A stretch of DNA of 64,000 nucleotides. Source: Octopus vulgaris. Taxonomy: Eukaryota. The stretch spans positions 61,752,001 to 61,816,000 of the forward strand of contig OX597828.1 in the NCBI GenBank assembly GCA_951406725.2, in the 5' to 3' direction. This document shows, piece by piece, positions 17,323 to 30,014 of the stretch (position 1 is the first letter of the stretch; each line of letters begins with the position of its first letter). The translations under genes were made by a program, and so were the position numbers. The notes under the pieces were generated by a model. That model did not search any database. It saw only the letters and a list, made by a program, of their open reading frames with translations, and was not told the DNA's origin.

Positions 17323-17961
17323 TCATATCTATAAAAGGCATGATGTGTGTGCGTGCGTGTGTGTATACGTTATTGTAATTTATGCACGTCCACAAATTAG
17401 CACGCATGTCGCTCAAATTTTAGGAGGACATTCGTCAACATCCTATCTGAGTTTTGTCAACTTATTTTTTTTCCCGAGGCACCCGCAGATAGCGGTAAAA
17501 TTCTATTTTCAGCCATAGCTTTTTGACGGCGTCTAGCAAAAAAAATAAGATAAAGAAAAGTGGAAGAGAGTTTCACGGCGTCTAAACAAAAAAAGGGGGA
17601 AAACAAAGATAGAGTGATGACGTTCATAAAAAATAAAATGTAAAATGTTTTGTTTTTTCTTAAACATGAGATATAGTGTTCAAATTCAGGATGCTTTTGA
17701 AAGACACCATATTTTATAATCATAGTACATATACTTTCTCACACAACAATTACAATATATTTATTTTAAATCATTCATCTTTCTCCCCTCCTCTCTCACA
17801 CACACATTTCTTTGGGTGCGAAATAGTTTTGTTTTTATTTGACGCTGTGTAAAAAAGTGTTTTGTTGAGAGTCGATATTACTTAGTTTGGTTTGAAATAA
17901 AGAACTTGATTAGCTTAATAATCATAACTTAATCCCGGGTAAGGCTGGGTTATACTGCTAG
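17323..17961 (+). mobile_element. Non-autonomous Helitron-like element
   Basis: 5' TC(TAT) start followed by a (TG)n-like tract; 3' GC hairpin CCCGGGTAAGGCTGGG followed by CTAG|T at 17958-17962. Confidence 0.7.
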
Positions 17962-18009
17962 TATATATATATATATATACAGCTGTTCTTTTCTGATATA
18001 TGTTTAATC

Positions 18010-18063
<54 letters not shown>

Positions 18064-18809
18064 TAGGTATATCTTCTATCCTTTATCTTTATAGGCTATA
18101 GAATTCACTTGACCAAGGTGCCACGCAGTGGGACTTAACCTGGAACCACGCAGCCACGCCTGCGCCTACACACACTGAAACACACACACACACACACACA
18201 CACTAGTAAACACATAAATAAAAAGTAATGTGGATAAAATAGTACAATTCCTACTTCTGGATATATTCTGGATATATATATGTATGTGTGTAGTGTGTGT
18301 GTGTGTGTATCAAACTAGAATAGCTTTCTTCATCATACCTTTATATCAACCGACCCTCTACAAGCACATACTTTTCTCCCATGGTTTTCTGTTTCCCGCC
18401 TTTCGTCGAATTTATCTACCTACACCACACTAAACCTCATTCAGATTACTCATCCTAACAAAGGAACAATCTGCCAAAAGCAATACAGAGCCTGAAAGAA
18501 TCGAAATATCGAAAGCGTCAAACTTTTCCTTGTAAAATATTGTGTGTATGTGTTTTTGTGCGCGTGCGCGTGTGTGCATATGTATATGTATGTGTGTCTG
18601 TGTGTATGTGTGTATGTGTCTGTGATGTGTATATGTTTTATTCATGCTTCGGTGCACATGTGAATTATGTAGTCACATACGCCCACACACACACGTATGT
18701 ATGTATGTATTATGTATGTATGTATGTGTGTATGTATGTATGTATGTATGTATTATGTATGTATGTATGTATATGTGTATGTATGTATGCGTGTGTGGTG
18801 GTGGGGTGC

Positions 18810-19515
18810 AGGTATTGGAGCTAAATTTCACAGTTTGCATAAAAGGAATAGAAAACACAAAATTCGAAACAAAAATTAAAATATTTCAAAATATGAAAAA
18901 AATCAACTAGATTATGATCGGGAGATAACAGCTTTCTCAAAGCAGCCGGCCTCGGCTTCCATACCAGCCTCAAGACGGCTCCAGAATGTGACGAATGCGT
19001 TCCTAATTGTTTTTTCTGGGAAGAACTTCGAACACCTGCTTGACCTAGGCCACCAGTTGGGCTTTGACGTTGCAGATGGTGTCTTCCCCAACTGTGTCCC
19101 ACACATAGTAATAGATGGAATAACAACTGGTGGAATTAGGTGGCCAGAAATTGAGGTTGGTGAAGTCGTAGAACTTCTCAGACATCCACGTTGACGCACA
19201 AATGACCTTCTAGAAGCAACTCCCTCTAGCCAGGGAGTAACCAAGTTCCTAACAGTTTCACATAGTCGTTTGAATTGAGCCTAAGACCCTGTTCACCCGT
19301 TGTTGGATGAACTCCGGTGTACAGACGCAATCAGAACGCTTGCTGTGTCCCTTCCTGCTGGCCACGACTTTGTAGTCTCTGTTGCAGCTGTCCATGCCAT
19401 GTCTTACAGTCATTACACTGTTCACACAGCATTGAGCTGCAGTCATGATGTCAGCATTTTGATACCTGGTGTGAATCCTCATGATAATTTTTTCCCAATT
19501 TTATGCTCTCCAACG
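18810..19515 (-). mobile_element. Internally deleted maT/DD37D-like Tc1-mariner remnant
   Basis: Minus-strand fragments RKGHSKRSDCVCTPEFIQQ, WPPN..., YYVWDTV..., FWSRLEAGMEAEAGCFE resemble the maT-type N- and C-termini. Confidence 0.65.
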
Positions 19516-21084
19516 GCGTTGACTTTACTAATACATATATGTATATCTGCTTGTGTGTGTGTGTGTGTGTGTGCGTGCGTGCTAGTCACAAAATAACAAA
19601 ACAAGCAAAAACTGAACACAACCTACAGCTAACTGTAGCAAAAATTAAAAATAAATTGCCGCCAAATTCTTTCTTTCTTGTTTCATCTTTCCACCCGTGA
19701 AAAAAGGTCTTTGTTGTTGCGAAGTCTTTAGTTTAAGCAAACTTTGAATATAAAACATTACGAAATCCCGGGTTAATCTATGCAAAGTATATTTTCGTAT
19801 GTAAATATCAGTATTTAAAAATAAATGTATTTTCTCTAACTATAATTTGTAGACAATGTAACATGGCTACATTAGTGCATGAGTATGCGCGCGCATGTGT
19901 GCCTAGTGTGTGTGCCTGTATTGGTGTATTTATGTTCATTTAGATAGAAAGGCAGAGAAGCAAATAGATAGATAGATAGATGAATAGAGAGAGAGGGGGG
20001 AGACTACAATTTGTAGTATTGTTATATATTAATGTTGTCCTATCGCAAAAAATGCTTTTATCCTTATTTGATTTTTCTTTCCACTCCTTGTTAATACTAT
20101 CGATATATATTTCTCACATAAGACAGCGAGCTAGCAGAATCGTTAGTGCGCCGGAAAAATGTTTAGTGATATGTCGTCCACCTTTACGTTCTGAGTTCGA
20201 ATGCCACCGGGACTGATAGAATAAATACCACTTGGACACTTACTTCCTGCCCCGAAACTACTGAATCAATATATATATATTTCTCATATAGTGGGGAGGA
20301 ATATGACTGTATGGTAGGTTTCCTACACAAATGTAAAAACGACTTCCTGGAAGAATGTTTAGAAATATGGATTTTCCCAAACACTGGTTCTCGACCGGGG
20401 TCCACACGGCCGTTGAGGGTCCATATAAGATTTTGTTGTTAAAATTTATCCGCAATACATTAGTTATATTTCTACAAAACACGAGATATTTTCGCAATTT
20501 TTCGCACTTAATATTTTTTCTCCTTTTAACCCAGGTACCTATTCTAGCGGGATCTTTTGCCGAACCGCTAGGTTACGAGGGACGTCAATACACCAACACA
20601 GACTGTCAAACTGTGGTGGGGGTGAAACACAGATCAAAGACACACACACACACACACAAGGCTTTGGTTGGCACGAGTTTACAGAAGACACATCTCCAAG
20701 GTGCCACGCAGTGGAATACCCGGCACCATGTGGTTGGGAAGCAAGCTTCTTCTCACGCAGCCACGCCTGCGTACAATGACCAACTTTTAGAAAATGAATA
20801 TAAAAATGGGAACGTTATCGGCTGTCCTAGAGCAACGAGGGATCAAAATGTCTATGGCGAACGACAAAGAATCTGAACTGCTTTCGGGTAAGAAAGGATC
20901 CAAATGCTTTAGAGAAAGGGGGAATTAAAACGACTGCAGAGCAATAAGGAATCATATTACTACTTCTACTACTAATACTACTACTATTTCATTATTATGT
21001 TTGCAATGCAATAATCAGCAATATCCTAGTAGAACCATTCGGTGTATTTAGCAATTCCAATTTACCTTGGCTGTTTCTTTCATC

Positions 21085-21571
21085 TTTCACGTGTAGGATC
21101 TTTGGTCGTTAGGGCAGCTACTGTTAGATTTTTAGCGTTCTATTTTTTTAGCCATGTTTTTGATACGGTTATATCTAACAAAACTTCGAGTTATGAAAGT
21201 ACATACACACAAATATTTTATTTGGAGGGTCCAACGAAAAGGTATGCATAAGTTTAGTAAAGTTCTGTCTATAAGTTTTAAAGCGCATTAAGTATTTCTT
21301 TATAGAAATGAAGAGAAGTAATAGTTGGATGATATAATTTTACTGAAGTTATATATGCGCTTTCACTGGACCCTAAAGAAAAGATAGATAACATTATGCT
21401 GTAAGTAACCAAATAAAATATTTAATTATTATGTAATTATTATGTAATCATTATGTAATTATGAAACAGAGAGATTTATTAGATAAAACCGTGTCAAAGA
21501 CATGGTTAGAAAATAGAGCACTAAATATATCACAGCAGTTGCCCTAACGACCAAAGATCCTACATGTGAAA
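21085..21571. mobile_element. MITE-like element with ~93-bp imperfect TIRs
   Basis: 21085-21178 (TTTCACGTGTAGGATCTTTGGTCGTTAGGGCAGCT...) is the reverse complement of 21479-21571; AT-rich non-coding interior. Confidence 0.8.
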
Positions 21572-21996
21572 AACGAATGCCGGATAATATGCATTAACTC
21601 ATTTAATTCTAACGCTTGAGATGGTAAACTCGCTATCGACATTCCATGGGCTCAGGGATCAGCATATAATAAACAGAAAATTACTTTACTGTAGTCACCG
21701 ATAACACAACCTCCACCTAACTAGGATTTTGAATTTATCCTAACATTACAAGCTTCTGTTGAACCAATGAAATGTGCATCGGGTCTATGAGAGGAGGAAA
21801 ATTGAACTGGAACGGTTTCAGAAAGTTTGATAGGAAGCAACTCATCTCAACTCATCCTCTCAATTTCATAATTTACATGCCATGAACTTAAGCTACGTAA
21901 TGGATAGATTAGCAGCTAAATGGAAATCTAAACTTACAAAGCAATAAATAAGACAACAGAATTATGCCGATATTATCAATATACGCTGTAGATAAG

Positions 21997-22032
<36 letters not shown>

Positions 22033-22086
22033 CAAATAATACAAATAAATACAAATATACATAAATATATATATATATACAAACAG

Positions 22087-22155
<69 letters not shown>

Positions 22156-22442
22156 TGTATCAAGGCGGGCCAAAAGACTTGACAGTGTGTTAAAGCTCCA
22201 CAGAGTGTTAAAACTTCATGTTATTATAATTCGTTATTTGTTATTGCTTTTTTTTCTATATTTCGTCATAGATATAATTACTGAAGGGTTGGGAGTGAAA
22301 AAAAGTGAATAAATAGAGCTACCAAAAGTGAATAATTGAAGAATTTAGTTTCAAAGAAGTCAAATCCACCGTAACATTTGGGATACTAATACATGCAGCC
22401 ACAGATACATGCATACATAAATACACATATCCATACATGTAT

Positions 22443-22478
<36 letters not shown>

Positions 22479-22736
22479 GTATATATATACACACACAGAT
22501 ACATACACACAAAGGGAGGGAGAGAAAGAGAGTGGGAGAGAGGGAAAACAAAGAGAGTGAGGTAGAGAGAAGCAGATAGAGAAATAGAAAAAGTGAAAGA
22601 GAGGGAGGAAGGGGAAGAGAGAGACGGAAATATTTTATGTGAAATTTTGTTATGCACATTTAGTGAAAAGTACCTCACTTAGACTAATTATGATGTATCC
22701 TGCGGAGTACTTATGTGTCTTATTACCGAGTGTGTA

Positions 22737-22787
<51 letters not shown>

Positions 22788-22864
22788 ATATATAAATACA
22801 TAGAGAGAGAGAGACGCACACACACATACATATGTATATACATGTTTGTGTGCGTGTTTGTGTA

Positions 22865-22897
<33 letters not shown>

Positions 22898-23409
22898 GTG
22901 CGTGTGTGTTTGTGTGTTTAAAGAATGAGACACATGCATATCAAACGCGCATGAGAAAAAATACATAATGTAACGCTTAATGACCTGTTTGTTCACAACT
23001 AAAGTCTTAGCTTCGATATAATACATTGACGATTGTTTTACGTCCCTGTACGTTCTGAGTTCAAATCCCGCCGAAGTCGCCTTGCACCACATTCTTTTCC
23101 ACTAAAGGCACAAGTCCTGAAATGTTGGGAAAGGGGACTAATCGATTAAATCGAAGCCAGTGATTGAATAGTACTTATTTTAACGACCCACGAAGGGGGT
23201 GTAAGATAAAGTCGACTTCTGCGCAGTTTGAACCCAAAACTAAAGATGGACGAGATACTGCTAAACATGTTGTGCGGCGTGCTAATGATTCTGCTAACAT
23301 GTAGCGTCAAAACTTCCATCATACTAAACCGCTATACATTCAGCTTTAACTAACATGGGGACAATTTAATTCACATCGGATAATGCGTTAAATATTAATA
23401 TACATCTCA

Positions 23410-23960
23410 ATGACTTCGGACTGCATCCATTACCCTGTCGCCATAACGCGAGCCCACCCCACCCCCACCCAACCCGACACCTAGCTCTGGATTACATAAT
23501 TAAAAGGGGCCTCGATGCGGCTGGCTTCCCGTTTCAACTGGAGCCAGTAGGTCTCGACTGCTGGGAGGATAAGCGCCCCAGCGGGATAACCATCTTCCCA
23601 TACGAAAGAGGCAGATACCTCTTCTGGGACACGGCGTGCAGCGACACGTTCTCCGCCTCCAGCCTTACTACAATGGCCACAAACCCGAGTATCGCTGCCC
23701 GCAACGCAGAGGAGAGTAAAAATAGATAAGTGTTGGAGCCTACTGGCTGCTATCAGTTTGTACCAGTCGCCGTCGAGATGTCTCGGACCCTGCACTGCCG
23801 ATTTCCTCCGCAAAATTGGGATAACCGCAGCCCGTCTGAGAAATGAGCCACGCGAGATGATGGGGCTGCTGGCCATTCTCCACGTGAACGCCATGTCCAC
23901 CGGAAGCTATAGAACACGCCGTTTATTTGGATTGTACTCCTCACCCATCTTCCATTGCTA
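23410..23960 (+). mobile_element. CRE-clade non-LTR retrotransposon 3' fragment (RLE domain)
   Basis: FGLHPLPCRH; IIKRGLDAAGFPFQLEPVGL..KRPAGITIFPYERGRYLFWDTACSDTF..AARNAEESK..FVPVAVE. This matches the CRE-type RPDG-xT-xxP-WD-xTC-DT RLE pattern. Confidence 0.75.
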
Positions 23961-24029
23961 AAGTAAAATCTTTCATGAGTCCTTTATTAGCCTTACTGAT
24001 AATATTCCAGCCTATTGAGTATATCTTGT

Positions 24030-24857
24030 TACTATTTTTCAGTGACCAAATTAATTTACTCAGGCTAGTGTTGTTTTTTTTTTCCTATATCTGTAAGAAT
24101 TTTCATGCTCATCTATTCTTTGTTTAATAAAACGTGAGCTAGCACCTATATAGAAATACTCTTTGTCTCCTGAGGTAACTTTGCACATGTAAACCACATT
24201 TTTAGTCTTACATTCGAAATTTAAAGGACATTGTCTGTTCCTTGCGCAATCACAGATATTAATTCTTCTTATTCTGTTATTAATTTCTATGTTGGTTTCA
24301 TTAGAGGTAATCTCTAACTTATTTTGTCTACTTTCTAGTTTATTTCTTCTTTTCCCGTTGTTGACATTCCGGATTTCACTTTCTAGCGTTCTTGTCTTCA
24401 CTTCCTAGTCTCACGTTTGAGTTAGTCACTTTTTGGTATGGTTGCCTGTAGTTTAAGTTAAGGTCATAGTAAACGTGTTTAACCTATTTCCCTGGTATAA
24501 TGTTTCAATTACTGAGTTTATTGTACCTTTGTGCGATACTAATTCTTTAAGATCCCTTCCTACCTTCTCATTAGTTGGTATTCTACGGTTATTTTCCCAG
24601 TGTTCAAATTTCTTGCCCTTAACTCTACCCTTTGTCCTTATTTGGCTATTAATCACTTTTTTTCAGTTATTTTGTATACTGCGATTATTGTTATGATTGT
24701 CCTTGTTACTACATTTATTTATTCTATCGTTGTTATTGTAGAATTTTAATTTTACCCTATATCCTGTCTTTTCCAGTGCTAAATCAAAAAAGCCCTCGTT
24801 TAGTTTAAAATTTTCTTCGTTCGCTGACAGGTTAGAAATACGGGTAGATACGTTCTC
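24030..24857 (-). mobile_element. Penelope-like element ORF remnant (RT thumb, linker, GIY-YIG endonuclease)
   Basis: STRISNLSANEENFKLNEGFFDLALEKTGY (thumb); CDCARNRQCPLNFECKTKNVVYMCKV..FYIGASSRFIKQRIDEH (Cys-rich linker + GIY-YIG with R-x-x-EH). Confidence 0.88.
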
Positions 24858-25250
24858 TATAAGAATGCCATATTAGTATGGCGATAACTATTATTTTCCG
24901 GGAACGCTGCCGCTGTTCTCTTTTAGAGAGACTTAGTTATTTTAATATTTCTATTATTGAAAACAAGTGGATGTATTCCACCGAAACTAGGTAAATAAAA
25001 CCATCGAACAGAGATTGTCGGAAGCGACACCTACTGGCTGGCTACGCTGCATTGAAAAGGGGCAATACCCCGAAACGCGTCTGTAGCTGCCGGTCAAGTA
25101 GTGTGGAGCGACTGACCTCCCTTGTTCGAAGGTTATATGGATACAGTTTGTGTATCAAATAGCTAACTTAAGGCGATGGCCTCATGGAGCTAATAAGCGG
25201 ACAGCTTTTTTCTTATTTTTATAAGAATGCCATATTAGTATGGCGATAAC

Positions 25251-25256
<6 letters not shown>
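24858..25256 (+). mobile_element. Penelope pseudo-LTR inverted relative to the ORF, with 37-bp terminal redundancy
   Basis: TATAAGAATGCCATATTAGTATGGCGATAACTATTAT is identical at 24858-24894 and 25220-25256. Contains a hammerhead motif and ends in (TA)n. Confidence 0.75.
25031..25101 (+). ncRNA. Type-I hammerhead ribozyme (U3:A8 core variant, palindromic stem III)
   Basis: GCUGCA-UUGAAAA-GGGG-CAAUA-CCCC-GAAA-CGCG-U-C-UGUAGC. Stem I extends through GGCUGGC/GCCGGUC and CUACU/AGUAG. Predicted GUC cleavage after 25081. Confidence 0.8.
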
Positions 25257-25307
<51 letters not shown>

Positions 25308-25351
25308 CATATTTATATATACATACATATATACATATATATGTATATATG

Positions 25352-25382
<31 letters not shown>

Positions 25383-27162
25383 ATGTATGTATTTGTGTCT
25401 GTGTTCCCCCCCCCCCCACATCGCTTGACAACCGATGCTGGGATGTTTATGTCCCTTTAACTTATGGTTCGGCAAAATAGACCGATAGAATAAGTAGTAG
25501 GCTTACAAAGAATAACCCCTGGGGTCGATTTGTTCGACTAAAGGCGGTGCTCCAGCTTGGCCACAGTCAAATGACTGAAACAAGTAAAAGAAATAAATAT
25601 ATATAGCTAGTTCTAAAATCTCTAGATGAGATATAAGAGATAAAAAGACGAGACATTAACGTTTTTGTTGTTTTCTTTGTTTTGTTTCGTTTTTTTGCCA
25701 TTATAATATGCCTGTACTTATAAAGAAGAATGTTACTTCATTTTAACTGAAGGGAAAAGGTCTTTTTCCGGCTGCTTAACGACACACAACTTGTGTCCTG
25801 TATGCTGCCAGCTTGGCAAGACTAGTTGACCAGTAACCATATTAGACTGTTTATATTTATATACGCGTAGTTGTACTCTCAGCTTCATGCCGCTTAAAAT
25901 TACGGATTAATTTGTTAATCAGTTGTTTAGCTTAATGATAAAGCACTTGGCTGGAGTCTTCAAAAGATATAGGTTCGTTTCCCATGATTGTTTGTTGACA
26001 AATTTTTCCGCTTTGTATGGTAATTTACGTAATATTTCTGCTGTTCTATCAGCGTTTCTGCGTTTGAAAATAAATTATCTTCTTATTTGTATATATATGA
26101 TACATAAAAAAAGGAGGAACACAGAAAATGTAAGGGTATTTAAGATTTGTATAGTGTACACATCTTTGAGAAAACTTGTAGATATTAATTACGACTGCTG
26201 AAAGACCCAGTTACACATCTAGTCCTCTTCATCAGTATTATTTGCAATTATTAGGTATCTTTTGTTAATTATGCTGTTGAAGAGGGTCATGTCTTTCATA
26301 TACCGATTAAGTTTCTTTTTTCTTTTTTTATAAATACCTTTTATAGCTTTTCTTTTTTTATAGACCGCACGCGGATTCTGCTTCTCTACAGTTATGCAGA
26401 TTGTAAAACTACGTCGTGTATAGAAGCAGAATGTGGAACTAATCTACTGCACCCAAACCATTTGATAGCATGTTGCGTTTTCCAAGACCCCGTTTGGATA
26501 AAACATTATATATGCTTGTGTGTCTATATGTCCGTGTGTGTATATGTGTGTATATATGTGTGCGCGTGTGTATATGTGTATCTGTGAAATATCTATGCTA
26601 ATGATGTGCAGAGAATAGAGTGAGGGAGTCCCTTGACAGACCATTTCGCATACATACATACATACGTAGGGAGAAAGAGAAATATCGACTCTCGTGTTCT
26701 TTTTTCGCTTGACATATGTAATCTATTATTTAATCTTTAAAATATTCAATAAAATAAATTAAAAAACGAATGGTCATCGTTGAAGTGCCAGATAAGCGAG
26801 CAAGTCTTCCTCAGTAACTCAGAAATGATATAAACATAAAATGAACATAATTTTTTTGAAAAATAAAAAGCATAAACGGAATCGCCGAAATGACGAAATG
26901 ATGTTCAAAAGTGATATATGTGACGTTAAACAAACGACCTAAACCAAAGCTGCGCGAACAAAATTTCAAATTTTGGCTCAAGGCCGATAATTTAGGGAGA
27001 GAGTTTGTATTAGTAACACTGTTCAAATGGTACTTATTATATCGACCCCAAAAGGATGAATGGCAAAAATCGAACTCGGCGGAATTTGAACTCGTGCTAA
27101 CGATTCTGTCAGCTCGCTGTTCAAATACGAACATATATTTAAATAATTCCTATATTCTTATA

Positions 27163-28137
27163 CTAGCTGATGTACTTGGTAATTCCCGGGAGTAAAGATG
27201 TTCTATTGAAACGCCTTATTACTCTGATATAGGAAAGCAATTTCGTTATAACTACCACAAAAGGTGTATTTTCCGTCACGAAAAAGTACACAAAACTGTC
27301 AGCTGGAGGAGAGAGAGATTGTTGGAGGTTGGTAAGAGAGGTTTTGGGAGGCTGGAGAGAAAGATTGTCAGAGGCTGGTGAGAGAGGTTATATAAATATA
27401 TGAATGAAATGTTTGAAGAAAGTGCAATAATTACGTTCACACACTGACGGTCGCTCTCAGTAACTGCCTTTAACTTACGGAGTTCTTGTTTTTATAACTA
27501 TCGAAAGCAGCCAGAAGGATAGGCATATTGTTGAGAGCAAATGATTTCGTTGGAGGTCTGTTATCTCCATTCCAGCTAGTGATGGCTTACAAGAGGTGAG
27601 AAGGGTCAAGCGTCAACGACATTATTCTGCTTAGCGAAGGCATCTGGGAACTGCATAACTGCTGTCATTCACAGAAAAACTATTGAAGTAGATAGAAGGA
27701 TCCATTGGAGGAGCCCTATTTCAACAATCTAAGTATGTCACGAGGTTTCCAGACATGAATTCTACTCACGTGTCAAATAAAGTGATATTGTTTGCAAAAA
27801 TTAGAAATTGGACACACATAAAAATCAATATTCAACGTAATCGAACATAACCAATGAAATGGGTAATTTCTCTTGAGTGTTTAACAAAGATATTGTACAG
27901 GGGCTATGGGTTATTTCCCTTGGGTGTTTAAAAAAATTAGTTACATGAGGTAGATATAAAGGTCCCTTCCAGGGGCGGAATTAGCAATTTTGTCAACAAT
28001 CTAAGTATGTGACAAGATTTCCAGACATGAGTTCTACTCACGTGTCAAGTTTCATCAAAATCAATAAAACGACGTAGGATGAGTTAGCTAACAACGCCAC
28101 AAACAAACAGACACCGATTTTCTACATATGTAATAGA
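27163..28137 (-). mobile_element. Non-autonomous Helitron-like element
   Basis: Minus strand starts (A)TCTAT and ends with a CCCGGG-containing hairpin then CTAG|T. It has internal ~18-bp tandem repeats (27297-27390) and a duplicated ~55-bp block (27722 and 27993). Confidence 0.55.
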
Positions 28138-28765
28138 TAATTTCTTACACATTGTGCAGTGCATCTAATTAACTGCTTGCGTAATAAGGTACACACGCGC
28201 ACAGGATCTTTACCAATAACGAATGACGCAGATATAGGAAAAAATTATAACGCCTGATATTTTCTATAAGCATGATTCCAAGTGTATTGCAAATGTTGAA
28301 ATATCGTTAAATTGAAATATCATCTCTTTAAATGCAAAATGTACTTCAAAGAGCTTCCTACCATTTAATATCTAACTAAAAACTTGACATGATTAACTGA
28401 ATTCTTAGAGTGTTGCCTAGAACTCTTTCTGCGATATCTGATTCAGTTTACTACGCTCTGAGCTCAACATTGCCTTTCATTCTATCGAGGCCTGGTAAAT
28501 AAAATACTAGCACCGGTTTTGCTTCTTTTCTCCTTCTCTATAGATTGTATCTGTAATACCAAGGTTCAGCCTTCTCACATTGTGACATGCTAATTCGGTT
28601 CAGAATGACATTCAGGGTACACGCGTCAGTGTTCATTTGTATATCTTATACATCGACTACAAAGTTTATAGACATGTAAATGTATAGAAATATGCTAAAA
28701 TATACAGATAAATACACAACACAATCTACATACATACACATACGTAAACGTACATTCATACTATA

Positions 28766-28816
<51 letters not shown>

Positions 28817-30014
28817 GTTTTCATGTGAATGTGTTTGTGCATTCCGAGTAGCTAGATAACGTCTTCTAGTAGAAAACTGGTAGTTAACACATCAATAAAC
28901 ATCAAGTGTAAGTGATAAAATAACTTGAAATACTTGTAAGTAAGTAATGAAACTCTCAGAATTGCGAAGGCTTTATTGTTAAACCCAGCCATAAAATTAA
29001 CGAATGAATCTTTCCAGGCCTACAGCACACCACATCTTAGAGCGCTACATTATACTGAAAATTATATTTTTTTCATACTTTTAATATTTTTTTTCTATCC
29101 CTGCCCCTCCTTTTTTTTTTTTTAAATCAAATTGTCTTCCTGTGTTTGGTCCTAGATCACACTCCCGATACAGAACTGCATCAGACCGTTTCATAATAAT
29201 AAGAGGAATGGTTTCTTCTATACTAAGATGAATTCTTCTCAATTTTGACTCGAAGCCAGCAGATTTGAGGGAAGAAACAAGTCAATTACATTAACCTCTG
29301 TGCTTCGCTGATACTTTATTTTATCGACCCAGAAAAAATGAATGGCAAAATCGACCTCGACGGGATTTGAAGACAGAACGTAAGGTGACGGATGAAATAC
29401 TCCAAAGCATTTATTTCGACGCACTATCAATCCTACCAACTCGCAGCCTTGATAGTTTCCGATTTAAGTAAAAGGCCAGTAAATTTGAAGGCTATGGGTT
29501 CGTCGATGCCATTGACTCCAGTACTTGACTAGTGATTTATCTTATTGAACCCGAAATGATGAAAGGCAAAGTTGTCCCCGGCAGGATTCGAACTCAGGAC
29601 ATAGTGCTAGAACAGATACCACAAACCAAATTGTCTGTCGCTCAGTACAATTCATAACACAGCGATTAACCGGGGATAGTAAGATGAAAGACGTGTCCTT
29701 TATGGCTCTCGGCCATTGAATTATAGCTTCGCCTTGTTAAGATACATTTTGTGTCTCCCTCGACCAATGAACCAACAGTAAGTATTGTTTTTATCTAATA
29801 TTTGTATAATTATATAAAATTAATACTTAATTATATTAATACGTTGTATCAAGTTAGCAAGCTGGCAGAATCATTAGAACGCCGAAAATAATGTTCCTGG
29901 ACATTCGTTCTGACTCTTTGCTTTATGATTTCAAATTCCGCTTCGGCCAACTTTACTTTTCATCCTTTCGGTGTCGATAAAACAGAGTACCAATCTAGTA
30001 TTGGAGTCAATGAC

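Noticed and set aside
23481-23900. 139-aa minus-strand ORF as a host gene
   Set aside because: It is the antisense shadow of the plus-strand CRE RLE fragment.
26180-26245. Minus-strand CUGAUGA-stem-...CAGUCG-UA hammerhead
   Set aside because: The GAAA box is missing; at best a dead relic.
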